From positions 1-40,247 of the forward strand of contig NMRA01000319.1 in assembly GCA_002633005.1 (NCBI GenBank): a stretch of 40,247 bases of DNA. Reading direction: 5' to 3'. The notes under the pieces were generated by a model, which saw only the letters and a program-made list of their open reading frames with translations, was not told where the DNA came from and ran no database searches. Position numbers and translations under genes: made by a program. Origin of the DNA: Phoronis australis (taxonomy: Eukaryota > Animalia > Phoronida). Positions 9,854 through 22,802 of this stretch are shown here, piece by piece (the first letter of the stretch is position 1; each line of letters opens with the position of its first letter).

Positions 9854-11310
9854 AATCCGTGTGTAAAAGTAGGCACATAGTCTCTAGTTTACTATTGGCT
9901 TCAGATTACATCACGTAACACCTGCGTTCCAAATTTCTATACAAGAGGTTCGCCCCATTCAACCATTTTCATAAACTTCTCCCAGACGAAATATTCCAAG
10001 ATAGAAGTGGCAGATGTTTCCGAGAACTATCAAATGCCTCATCCGCTTCTGGACTGATAAGCTTCACCTTGTTTTGTATTTGTTCTATATTTGGTCCACT
10101 GTTCTATTTTTGCAGATTGTGTTTTTATCAAATAAGCAACCGAATGTTGGGCTTTCAGACAGCAAAAGGTAATAGAATTCACGGTTGCAAGCAAGCTGTG
10201 TTAAACTGTCCCAGTCTTTGTTTTAGTAAATTACTTATTACTTATTAATAGATATTGTCATTGTAATTTTGCAATGTTACGTTTTTGCCACGCATTACCC
10301 AAAACTTTCTCAGTTCTTGTAGAGCAAGTAAAGCTTAGTTATGTAGTAATTAGTAATTAATATTTGTTCACTTTTCAGATTAGACATCGCCGCTTTAAAA
10401 AGATTATATGTTAATAATTAAGTATTTTAAATACATGTAAACGTTATATTTGCATGTATTTTCACAGCGATGAAAATAGACCATAGGCACATGCTGTTCC
10501 ACTGTACTAAATTCGTGCATTTTATACTTTTGATGACTTAAAGTTCTGATTCGACTTTGGAACCACTGGCAGGTTGTATTAAGTCAACACTCTTTATGGC
10601 ACCAATGACGTCACGTCGAAATTGTAGAGTATTTGACGTCATGTAGCAACGAAACTTGAATCTAGGAGGTAAGCTTCGAAGCTTTATGCAGACTAGTCCG
10701 GATATTCTCGAAGTACATGTCTTGTTCGACTAGCTTTTCTTCAGTATCCGACTGCAAGTCATGGAGAGGCTGCATTTTGCTGACAATTACCAGAGAATGG
10801 GGAGCTCAGTCGATGCTAAGGCTTTTATTGGAAAGTGGAAATATGTGACCTCAGGAAATGACAAAATTTAGTCAGGTTCAAGGTACAGTAGACCTGGGTG
10901 TTTTGTGTTTTTTCCACATTTTCAAAAAAAAATCTCACATGTGTCACTATAACTGCTATCGTTATAAGAAACTAGCACAAGTAATGTCACTATACTACTA
11001 GATTTGTAAGCAAGTAGCCTGAAGTATGCGTATGGTTATGGCACTTTACAACAAACTACGTACGACACGTATGCCTACGTAGTCTATGAGTTACATCATG
11101 TCATTATACATTTAGCAGTGTAAGCAAGTAGCATATGTGTTTAGTTATGTCACAATACAAATGAATTTGTAAACACATCAGTTTTGACTATGCGGGCACC
11201 CTCCGTGCACATTATGTGATAAAGAGACCACTCCCTCTCTGGAAAACGTATCCGTATCTATAACTGTGTATTGTTTAACCGAAGACAACGGATGCATATG
11301 GAGCACAACN

Positions 11311-12256
11311 ATTTCTCGAAGGCATTCAATCGAATCCCACATAATTTACTCTTCCATAGATTGAAAAACATTGATGTGCATGGTAAAATTTTCAACATAA
11401 TCCGCTCTATGTATAGTAAGTTGCGCACTTGAGTGAAAACTCAAGATGGTCTTACAGAGTTCTTTGATTGTAATGTTGGTACTCGCCAGTGTTGCATGAT
11501 CAGCCTAATCATATTTGTGTTGTATCTAAATGAATTTCTGGATATATGAGTGTGAAAAGTAATATTAATAGCACATATCTCAGCGAACTAGTGCTAAGAG
11601 TTAACTCCCTACTGTTCGCAGGCGATATGGTGTTATGTCCGTCTACCGCCATCCACTTACAACGTATGCTTAATTGTTTGGCAAGAATTTTGCAAATCAT
11701 GGGGCACGCTAGTAAACTTGAAAAAACTTAGGTGGTCGTTTTCAGAAATGGTGGTCCCCTTAGACGATATGATAAATGGTTTTACAATGGAACATTGGTT
11801 GATGTGGTGCCTCATTACAAATACCTTGGACTACTCATTACTCCAAAAGTTTCGTGGACCAAAGCCATTAGAGCCTTATCTGTTCAAGCAAATAAAGCTG
11901 CCTCTGCATCTCTTCGTTTTCCCCTGACATAATTTTATTACGCTAATCACTATCATGCGACCCCATCGGTACATGTATTTTACAATGGCACTTTACAACA
12001 AACTACGTACGACACGTATGCCTACGTAGTCTATGAGTTACATCATGTCATTATACATTTAGCAGTGTAAGCAAGTAGCATATGTGTTTAGTTATGTCAC
12101 AATACAAATGAATTTGTAAACACATCAGTTTTGACTATGCGGGCACCCTCCGTGCACATTATGTGATAAAGAGACCACTCCCTCTCTGGAAAACGTATCC
12201 GTATCTATAACTGTGTATTGTTTAACCGAAGACAACGGATGCATATGGAGCACAAC
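11311..12256 (+). repeat. Duplicate of 8881-9557 plus 11041-11309 after a single-N gap (probable alternate haplotype)
   Basis: N at 11310. Near-identical copy (2 substitutions seen in the first block) that lacks 9558-11040. Confidence 0.9.
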
Positions 12257-14113
12257 TCTCAAAAAGTTTGTTTAAAATTTTTATAAGGGGTTGTGCGCAA
12301 TCCATGCAACCGCACTAGATCAAACGATGGATACTTAAAAATTGTCATCGCTAAAATATCGCATTGTGTTGCAGAGCGCACACGTGTTCAAAGACCGAGA
12401 GTGGCACGCCGAATATACAATGATACAGAGCGGAAAAGTCGTCAAGCAAGTTATGCGACTGTCGCCGGATTGTATAGAAATGGTAAGCTTAGGCAAGGCC
12501 GTCTTTGGCTGTACAAAATAAATGGCGCGTTTTTTAACAATTTCAAGATAATATGACGAAATGCGTTACCAAGTTCAGACACAGTGGACAAGCAGACGAT
12601 GTATCGATTTACTACCAACAAAAACACCATGCAGCCTTCATTGAAAGCAATAATACCGTGCAGTATTTAAAACTGCTTTTCTTCAGTTAGTTGCCAATTG
12701 AGGTTGTGCCAAACAATAATTCAGAAATCTGCAACAGCGTTTTTCGGATTTCTTCTTGATCATTTATATCAAACGAAATTTTGTCATGTTACTGACACCG
12801 TTATTTAGCTATGGATGCGTTTACTATTTTTTGTGCTGTAAAAAACAGTCAAGTGACGCAGTTGACAGCGCATTGTATAAGTCAAACATACTCTACAGTT
12901 TTTTTTTTACTTTTACTGAGATAAACTCTACACACGGTAGTTTTGTAGATATTTTTCTAAATGCGCAGATTAGTCGATAAGGCCTTTTTATTACCTCAAG
13001 CGACTTCAGCTCATAAATCCTGTCTCGTATATTCCTTAACACGTTAGAGCTTGATTTCTCAGTTACCAATGCACGAAGATCAAAACCACCTGCGACTTGA
13101 GAGGTTAACCAATGCAAAAAGACGGCCCTTAATGACAAGCTTCGCATCGTTTCAAAATAAATCTAATTCCTTTTGTCGATTTTCTTCACTGAGATGAAAA
13201 TGAAAGTGCCACGTGACCAAGACTGTGAATGTGACATTCAAAATTGGTTACAGATAAACCGATGTGAGGCTTAGGAAGAAACGGGTATAGTTGAGAATCC
13301 ATCTTGTTAAAAGGTTTGGCAGATTTCATGCCGCACTGACCAAAATGAAGAAGGTGAAGCTGCTTGCTGGAAAACGAACTAGTATCTGAAAACAGGATAA
13401 AAGCCCTAAAGTGCTTTACCTCAGTCAGTGATTGAATTGATGTCAGATATGCGAATTTCCAATAAACTGCACTAGCAACTATTCGGAGAAAGGCCAACAC
13501 CGTGTAAAAAATATGATAAATTTAAGTAGATTTTTTTCTGGAAAGTGCTTGCCGGATCTCAAAATGAAACCAAAGTATTAATAAAGGTGAACGTTTTTTT
13601 CATAATTTGCCAGATATTCAGAAAATTGACATAATTCATACACATCTGAATGAATGGATTTATTTATCAAAGTGAAATGTGTCAGGTATAAACAAATGAC
13701 ACCAGTATTTGAACAATAACCCTCAGTCCATTGGGCTTAGAGACTGATAGCAATTAATTAATAATCACCGTCTGCGTTTCAAAAAATAATGCATTGCTCG
13801 TAAAAAACAGTTGTCTGAACAGATTAGCCATTAAAATTTTATTTTGCTTTTACATCGGAAGAAAAAGTCGAGATCGGCCAGGCAAAATGTTAGCCTCAGT
13901 ATGAAAGTGTTCTTCGGCGGAAAATGACACAAAATAAAGTTCAACTTGTGCAACTTTGAAACTACATAGTCAGTATAGGGCCTAACTGACCTAGGCCACA
14001 GCTCAAAATTATAGATTATTGACTTTCGCAGAGGTCAATTTGTTTGCTTTCATACGCCGTGGTGGCGTAGCCTAGCTAGTGTGAAAGTCTAATTGTTTTA
14101 TATATCCATCCCA

Positions 14114-14359
14114 ATGGGCACACCCAGCTTTCGATATGGAGGGACTCGAATTCCCGACGTTGTGGACCATTTGCCAACCGGAAAAACAAAAAAAACGGAG
14201 CACCTCTTTGAATTGCGCGTTTGCGCTTATTTAGTGGACTTTTGCCCCATTTTCTCAAACTTTTTGTCTCTCGAGGGCGACCCTTTTTGCTCACTTCACC
14301 AATGGGGGGAGGGGGGCTCGAACGAGCCCCCTGAGCCCCCCCCTCTGGGTGCGCGCATG
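14114..14359 (-). mobile_element. hAT-like MITE, copy 2 (same family as 4665-4914)
   Basis: TIR atgggcacacccag / ctgggtgcgcgcat. Shares tggtgaagtg..aaaaagg, gtccactaaa and ggtccac blocks with copy 1. Confidence 0.7.
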
Positions 14360-17109
14360 TATCCGTAAAATAATTCATGGGATGGAAGAAAAACTCCATC
14401 CTCCCCCGGCCAGCTACTGAGCCGCGCGGGGTGTTAGGGCTTCCGTTCCTATACATGCCACTACAGCTTGATCGTTTGGTCAGTCAGCTTCCACTTTTTA
14501 TTCAAAATCGGCCATGACGAGAAGATTCTGAAAAAAAAAACGTCCCAGAGATTCTCGAAATAGACAAAAGAACAATCGGTTATATTTTGGTAGACATGTT
14601 TTGAGCCGGAAACGTGCTTTCGCTAGGCGTAGTCTTTTGTTGGCGGTGTCTCACTTTCGATTTCGTGAATTATTTTGCGCATGCGTCTCTATGTGAGCGG
14701 TCATTTTGGTGAAAGGAATGTCTTCTGCTTTTCGCTTATTCGTGTATTTATAGACAACATCTCATCCGGTGAACAAGGTAAAGTTTGTAGGCCTGCATGT
14801 AAACCGATATTTCTTGCAAGTTCATGAAATCGTTTTCGGCATTCTGCCATGCGCCATGTAGAGGGTGCTCCTCTCCTTGGCCTGCCGCGGGCTGCGGGCC
14901 GAGACAATTGTCGCAACGTTGTTGATTGAGCTTGAGCCAGGTTGAGGCTCGAGCTGTTTACCATTCACGTCTTCACTGACAGCATCACCAGGCACATTCC
15001 TGATCAGGGATTAGCATGGTCCTTCGGGCGCACCTGCTGATACAAATTGGGCCTTGCTTTAAGAAGTTGTGAGCGCTGGCCGAATTAAATATTGGTCCAA
15101 GGAACCAGGTTCCTAGGCTAGAGTGGTCTCTGCGCTGGATTTTGAGAACCTGATTGGCAGGGCAAATCGTGCCCCTAATTTTTAGCACGGGCGTCCTCAG
15201 GTTCTGTTCTTCCCCAATACACTATATATAATACTACAAGCATGACACTCCCGACCAGGAATTCCACGGGTGCTGAGTGTTCCGCACTTTAATTTGTACA
15301 AATTTTCCAGAAACAAGTTCAGCCTTGAACAATTAGTAATGAGTTTAAATTAACATGTATCAAGCAGGGATAACTTTAGGAGCGCATCTTGCGTCATTAA
15401 TTGGCGCAACATTAATTTCATTGCCTCACTGTGGTGGTTTAGTAACTAAATGGGCCAACGGAGAAATTATGGCAAAAACTAGAATGACCGATAGGCCCTC
15501 CAAATTGGCCCATAGGCTGAAGGTCATGTGAGTCAGCCCATGTTTTCTGAAGTGATCCCTGACCAAGACCAAAGATTTAATCAAGGACATAACTTGAGCC
15601 CCTCGGTGGCTGCTATTTTAATGAAGTTACATATTCCCCAGTCATAATTTGGGTGACCTCACCTAAGGTTATCAAAGCTTATGGCGTGCTGTGAAAAAAT
15701 TCACGGGGACAGAAAAATAGAGTTTTGAATTCTCTCATAGATCTGCTTTATCTAGGGCATGGCACAAATGGGATGAATCACTTCAAAGAAAGTAAGCGCT
15801 TTGTGACAATTTTAACTACAAAATATATTTTTGACACAAAGCAACTGAGCTCATAGCTGGAACTCGGCTACTGCAGCGCCATTGAAAGTGCATTCATGCA
15901 ATTTAAAAACAATGACACTTAGACTCATGGGTCTAAAGTGTGTACATAGTTTGATGTAGTATTATAGCCTTGAGTGCAGACTAAGGGTCTCCATGCTGTC
16001 TATGTCTTTACTTGAGATAGCACTTGAAGGGGAGCCATCCTTGTATCACAAAAACATCCTTTGATTTAAAACAAGTTTAAGTCTTACTCAAATTGCTCCT
16101 GAAAGCTAGAAGTGATTTCAGAGTTCCCAGGACTTACTGTTACTATTTGAAATCATGCTCTGCAAGTAGGCTAATTGTCTCATGGGGTCAGTGTTTAACA
16201 TACCGGGGTATATGGTCTAGGTAAGGTGAATGGTCGGCTCTCTGCAACCTTTTATTCCTGAGTCATCAACAAGTTGAGATCCTATAGCATTAAGTGGTTT
16301 TGACCAAGTTTGCGTCCTTCATGGAAGGCGGCTGGCCGGTACTGTATAGTACCTCTAAATTTGTAATGCAATACCAAAAACTCTTGTGCCCCATCCACCG
16401 AAACCGGATCATGTAAGTTAAGACACCATGAAAAAAAAATGCTGATCATCACGGACTTCAACTTTTTGGCCACATGAACCAATGGTAATTGCTGTTGCAT
16501 GTCTGAACTTGACCTTGGAGAGTCCAACGTAGTTTGGTATAGGTGCAAACTGGCTGGATCATCTCCTATCAGGGTGAACAAGTGATTGTTAGTGACCTGT
16601 CAATTTTTGTTTTCTTTGAAGTTATATGCAGATTTGTGTGCAACATAGATGGCTAGATTTGTGCACCTCTGAAATTCTGGTTTCATTTGTCATTCTTTGG
16701 TACATTTATACTGGTGACGGCCCGAATATCAATTAATTCCCTTTGTTTGACTCAAAGACTGAGGTCTATGACGTTCACTGCTTGCGTGTGTGTTGAACGT
16801 TGCAAATAAGATGTTGAAATGGTTACTTTTATGTACGATTTCCCGTTCTAGGTTTTCGACATAATTTCTGCAAAGCCAGACGAATGTTGGAGAAATTTGT
16901 AATCAGTTATCTTTTTTTACTATACTGATGGAAGTTGGCGTATTTCACAGTTCCCTGCAGACCTAATGAGCACAATCACATACTTTTCCCAACCAAATTT
17001 GGTTTCGAAAAAACTGCATAATGATAACTTTAACTGTTTTGTCGTTTCCTGCTTTCACAAATTAAAATTTGTTTTACTGTGTTTATACAGTGTTGTTTTT
17101 AATTGTAGC

Positions 17110-17305
17110 ATGCTTAATACTCAGAGAAAGCTGAAATTAAGACGAAGAGTTTTAGAAACACCTTCCACACGCGTCGATTCGGGGACTCAACTTAAGCAGC
17201 CGATAGCTTTTATTGGGCCAGTGATCCCACCGGAACTAAGTTGGAAATTGGACCAAAGCACCCCCAAAAAGGCAATCAATTGCAAGAATTTCACAAAAGG
17301 AAAAG
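17110..17305 (+). CDS. TATDN2: TATDN2-like gene, putative first coding exon
   Basis: Acceptor ttgtag|c then ATG: MLNTQRKLKLRRRV...FTKGK, phase-1 donor G|gttggt compatible with the next exon. Assigned by phase only, without homology support. Confidence 0.5.
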
Positions 17306-17489
17306 GTTGGTATTGTAAAGTGAGGGAGTCTGGAGGTAATGTTTCTCTAGCTGTGTAGCCAGCAGGGCCTTCGTTCATCCGAGTGTAAGGTGTCTGTGTC
17401 TTCTGAGAAGGCATTTTTTGGGGTGAGGAGAAAATTCACCTTCAGCAGCATCCTCCCCATCACATGTGGGCTCTGCCTCAAGTAGCCAA

Positions 17490-18530
17490 AACTCAACGTT
17501 TTGCGCTCTTGTCACATTTGTGGCCAGTTTTTCGCATTCACCTTTCTATCTTCCAAATCGCTTGGAGAGTTATGATGAAAATAGGCAGCTGTGCTCTTAC
17601 TGAGGAGAACGCAGCTGACGTTGATTTTCGGATGGGTTTCACTACTCTGGCACACCCTACTGGGGACTTTGTTTTTTCTTGTGTTCATACCTGTATCTCA
17701 TTAAAACCATGAACATTGTATCAAGCGTCACCTATTGGTTTCCTGGAGAACTGTGTGTACAATCCTTTCCAAGAGCTTTGTGGTATTTGCCAGATATGTT
17801 AATGGAGCTGACAACAGATGATGATGAGTTTCACTCCAATCAGACGATTATTGGCAATTTTATTTTTTATATTTTCCTTTGTATCTTCGCATTTCCTTGA
17901 TGGATTTTCATGGAATTGGGCAAATAGGCTTTTAATAAGAAGGCAATGATGCATTATCATTTTCCAATGGATAAAATGGATTTTGTGCCACCTGGTAGCC
18001 TTTTTCATTGTGTTCGTTTTATGGCATCCACCTCTCTATCTGCGTACAGCTCAAAGGATCATTATGAAAATTTACAAATGTATTCCTGATGAGAAGGTCA
18101 TGACTGAAGTTGACTTTCGGACTGGTCCGATTACTGTGCCATACCCTTGTGACAATTTTTGTTTTTTGTCTGTGGCAAAATCTCCTTAACCCTTTGAAGG
18201 AGCTTTGTGAAATATAAAATGTGTTCTTATGGGGCCTTAACAAGTGTCGAGCTGACCCTTGTGGCACGCTTACCTCTGTATCTTTGGTTTTCATTAAACA
18301 GCTTATTATTCATAATGTCAAATGACTTATTCTTATTAAAATGCATTTTCACGAAATTCAGCAAATAGGTTTCTATTAAGGAGACGACAACTCCTTCCCC
18401 ATTTTCGGACAAATCTGACGTTTTCTGTGCCACCTGGTATCCATTTAAAAATTGCTGCGTGTGATTTTGACTTCTGACTCTCTAGCTGCCAAACCACTCG
18501 TAAGAATCATTATGAAAATTTATGGCTATT
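17490..18530 (-). repeat. Degenerate array related to the internal repeats of the 35923-37551 element
   Basis: Recurrent gccacctggtagcc, gattttcatggaatt and attatgaaaattt motifs are reverse complements of that element's subunits. Ends approximate. Confidence 0.6.
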
Positions 18531-19357
18531 TTACGAAACTAAAAACTCACAACATTTGCAATGCTGTGGTGGGGGCATTTCAACACTCCACGTTGCTCTT
18601 GTGGACTAGATAAAAATATTTTTTTAATGGAACACAGGTGATTGCAGCTTTAGGTTTGCAGTGTTCACTTTTAGGGGATCAATGGAAAAGATTATGAAAA
18701 AATGACAAACTGTCCAGAAAAGGATATTTTCAAAAAATTTAAAAAGCGACTGTATAACTGCCTTGGTGCAATTAATGTGAATGTTCGTAACTATAACTTA
18801 CCTTCTTGTAAAATTTCAACTGTTTTGGGCTTGGAAGGAGTAACAATTCCATATAGCGACTTACAATTTGCAGATGGTTGTAATTCAGAGGCATTCTTCA
18901 GTGGCAGTGGGCCATTTGAAATTGCCTAGTGTTTACTGCTGGGTATTGCTCTTTAAGTCATACTACTGTGTACAGTCCCAGTTGGCCTGTGTTAGTAATC
19001 AGGTTAACAAGGGGTTTATGGTGCTGGCTGAGAAGATAATCGTTTTATTACTCCCTAAGTGTTTTGAATAGCCCAGCCTGAGGTGGATGATACTTACTTT
19101 GGCACAGGACAGCGTGGTGTTCTTTTATGAAAATGACTTGACCCACCCACAAATCAGACCTGACATTCAATTTTTGATATCACAAGTGCAGAAAGTAGGC
19201 AAGTTTAGACATGCGTGAGGTAGTTGCTGAACATGTCATGACATTGGTTTGTGGACTGTGTGGAACATTCACATATTAACCATAGTAAGATCACATCATT
19301 CTTTCTTATACAGCAATCTTTTTTGATGGGATATCTACTGAGCAGGAGAAAGTTGTA

Positions 19358-19761
19358 CCGGGATTTTCTGTAGATTAACCCATGGGCGTGTTTTTGGAAA
19401 ATGAAAATTTTCAGGTGTTTTAGTAACACCAAATAAAGGCCTGTTAATTTATTTGGAAAATGGAGTCCATGTAAATGGAAAGCCATGGTTTTGATTAAGA
19501 GGTTTCCTGGGTTTGACAGTTTTTACTTAAATTTTATGTTTCATAAATGCATAGTTTGACAACACTTTGTTCATTTTTAGAAATGATAAACGTTCTATGA
19601 AAGTGAATGTGTGACTGAAAAAGGTGATGCTGAGTGGGCTTTTAGGAAGAAATTTTATAATAACCGCCCCACTATCTGGACCTTTGACACCATGGGCGTT
19701 TATTTGGAAAATTATGCCCATGGGTGTTTCATCGGGTGGGCTTATCTACAAAAAATCCCAG
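19358..19761. mobile_element. Tc1/mariner-type MITE (~404 bp)
   Basis: TIR ccgggattttctgtagattaaccc / gggcttatctacaaaaaatcccag, TA flanks, internal ccatgggcgt repeats. Confidence 0.7.
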
Positions 19762-19840
19762 TAATAATTATTAGACCCTATTCGACGCCTTTGTTGCCGC
19801 ATTTTTTCTGCCTCACTTTACTATTGACCTGATTTTATAG

Positions 19841-19906
19841 CTCCCAAAAAGATGCACAGCCCTGAGGCCAGTCCTGTGCTTGGCTTGAAGTCTAGAAAAT
19901 TGCAAG
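19841..19906 (+). CDS. TATDN2: TATDN2-like gene, 66-nt exon
   Basis: gattttatag| ... CAAG|gtaagt, phase 1-1, reads (A)PKKMHSPEASPVLGLKSRKLQ, in frame with the large exon. Confidence 0.7.
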
Positions 19907-20535
19907 GTAAGTGTTTTTTTGATGAAGTCTATAACATCCTGAGGCATGTGGTGATTTAATAACTGTGACTACAGTGCAGCCTGTGTTGATGGCAAGTCCC
20001 ATTGAACCAGTAGGTGACTTATGTGGCGCAACTGTATATGGTGTTTATGTCTGAATCTTTGTTACTAATTGTGCAAACAAATGAACGATTAAATTGTTTA
20101 GTATGCAGTTTAGTTATAAATAATAATTCATGCCGTGAACTTTCACAGTAATTAACTTGTTTTGTTTGGCCTATGTGGCTGCTGCAGCACCAGTGGTACA
20201 GTAGTTTTGGTCAAATTTCAGCCAGAATTCAATGAACAGATTCCAGTAACGAATTTAATTATGCGGTATATTGTCACGGTATTATGTGCTGGCACATTGT
20301 TGATTTTCGGCATTCTTCAACTTATTTTGAAAACTATTCACTTCTGATTAGTAAGCTATGTTTTGTCATCCACTGTCAACTTTTTCAAGGTTGGCTAATA
20401 TAACGAGTGTCGCTTTTCAAGAAAAGAAAACGGTGGCATTACATGAGCCTGTGCCAGAATGTTGCTTGCAAATGTCAAGTAATTCCACTAAAGAATTATG
20501 ATCATTTCGAGTCAAATCTCTTTAGTCCACCATGA

Positions 20536-21053
20536 CTTAGATTAGTGGTCAAGAATATTTGAAGCTACAAGTCCGTCAAACTGAACCGTAATTATACACG
20601 TTTGTCTACTTACAGAATCTGGGAGTAGTAAGCAGACAAATCCATTAGCCGGTGCTGCCACCAAGGGGATGAAAGGCCTGCTGAAAGATGCTTTACGACA
20701 GTCATCATATACCGAAGCAAGCGGCCAGGCAAGAGGGGAAACTGGTGCGAGGACTGATTTGCAATCTGGGGGTAATTTTGGTGGTGGTGGTTGTGGTGGC
20801 GATCGTGTTTGTGGAGGTTGGAAAGGAAGGAAAATAGTCAGCAGTCCGAAGTGTGAATATCGGAGGCACGACAACTCTGCTTTGAACTGTTCGTGGTCGT
20901 CTTGGAATAGTGAGGAGGGTGAACTAATGTCAAATGTTTCAACGAATTATCCGACATCGGATAACGATAGTTTCACGGCGGAGCCAGTGGAGGAAAGTGA
21001 GGGCAATTTGACTTTCTCACGATGTAATCTGAACGACTCCCGTCAGTTTGTGG
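20536..21053 (+). repeat. 518-bp duplicate of 21055-21572 before a single-N gap (probable alternate haplotype)
   Basis: N at 21054. About 11 substitutions counted by eye, no indels. Confidence 0.9.
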
Positions 21054-21134
21054 NCTTAGATTAGTGGTCAAGAATATTTGAAGCTACAAGTCCGTCAAAC
21101 TGAACCGTAATTATACACGTTTGTCTACTTGCAG

Positions 21135-22802
21135 AATCTGGGAGTAGTAAGCAGACAAATCCATTAGCCGGTGCTGCCACCAAGGGGATGAAAGGCCTGC
21201 TGAAAGATGCTTTACGACAGTCATCATATACCGAAGCAAGCGGCCAGGCAAGAGGGGAAACTGGTGCGAGGACTGATTTGCAATCTGTGGGTAATTTTGG
21301 TGGTGGTGGTGGTGATGGCGATCGTGTTTGTGGAGGCTGGAAAGGAAGGAAAATAGTCAGCACTCCGAAGTGTGAATATCGTAGCCACGACAACTCTGCT
21401 TTGAACTGTTCGTGGTCGTCTTGGAATAGTGAGGAGGGTGAACTAATGTCAAACGTTTCAACGAATTATCCGACATCGGATAACGATAGTTTCACGGCGG
21501 AGCCAGTGGAGGAAAGTGAGGGCAATTTGACTTTCTCGCGTTGTAATCTGAACGACTCCCGTCAGTTTGTGGTCAAAGAGGATGGACATACTGTTCAAGT
21601 GGAATACGTTCAAGACGAGAATGTCCCTGTGTGTGAGGACGTGCGTAGATGTCAGGATGTGCATGGATGTGAGGATGTACGTAGGTTTGTGGCAACAGAT
21701 AATGTAGGAGCAGGATCTGTTGAAAAGATATTTGAATCGAAGCGGGAGTACGGTGGTGCATTTCATGTAGTGTATAGTCAGGAGGATAATGAGCCAAGGT
21801 ATGTGATTGACAAAGGAGTCAGCGACGACAGTTGTGATGAGAGCGAAGATTCCTGCTCGGCTAGTGAACGGGTCATAGAGGAGACGTGTGTAGGGAGTGG
21901 TGAAAACCTCCACCGTAGTGCATTAAAGGTTTCCTCTGAACACAGTTGTGTTTTGCACAGGAAAACACAGCGGACCCAGTTGCAAAAATCTGGAAGTGTA
22001 CTCGAGGCAAAGCCTCTAACTTTTGTTGACACTGATGAGATGTACGGTAAATGGACTGATGGGAGCAATGATTCATGTCATGAAGCTGATGACAGGACTG
22101 GCTCTTTGAAGAGCTCTAATGTGAGTTTGAGTCATGATGGATTGTTTAAAGAACCAAGATCTCAGACACCATTCCATTCAAATGCCTTGAATCATAGTCG
22201 TCATTTTGGGAACGATAAAGACTCTTCGGAATCCAGGCATTCGAGTTTAGATGATGGCGAGAAAGCTTGGTTTGAACGAAGTGACGATGACTTGGACCAG
22301 TCATTGCCCATCGACTTCAAGTATCTGTCACAGTCCCCACCACCACCGCCCGCATTTCCACCGCCATTTCCAACAACAGCTGAGTACAATTTCAGCCCTG
22401 GACATGGTTTCCCGAGGAACCAAGTAATGTTCTGGGCGCTGGATTTCTACAAGAGAACTGTTCACTCTCAGCCCACTGCACGTCGTCCGTTGCACTCTGC
22501 TCCTGAGCAGCCGTGTCCGTCACCGTTTTATTGCCAGCAGTCTCCTTCAGCCTCGGATTCGTCGAGTTTATCGCAGGGCAGTGAGGTGAAGAAACGACGA
22601 TGGCTGACCCATTTTAACAATCGTTTTGCCAACTGCACTTTCGGCTATGTCGACTCACACTGCCATCTGGACTTCCTGTTCAGGCGAGAGGGATTTCGTG
22701 GCACGTTTGCCAAGTATATGAATGTACATGCTGACTTGTTTCCGAAGTGTTTCGAGGGATGTGTAGCGGTCTTCTGTGAGCCTAGTACATTTAGAGCAAA
22801 TG
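21135..22802 (+). CDS. TATDN2: TATDN2-like gene, large exon: disordered region and start of the TatD domain
   Basis: Acceptor ctacttgcag|, 1668 nt open, ends GYVDSHCHLDFLF...FEGCVAVFCEP, donor G|gtgagt. Confidence 0.9.

Noticed and set aside
11509-11932. Second independent LINE RT copy
   Set aside because: It begins exactly at the N gap and is near-identical to 9079-9502, so it is most likely the other haplotype.
12270-14075. Possible DNA transposon or gene (several short ORFs)
   Set aside because: I could not identify TIRs, protein motifs or a consistent exon chain.
20669-21064. Separate 131-aa paralogue of TATDN2
   Set aside because: Artefact of the duplicated segment ending at the N at 21054.
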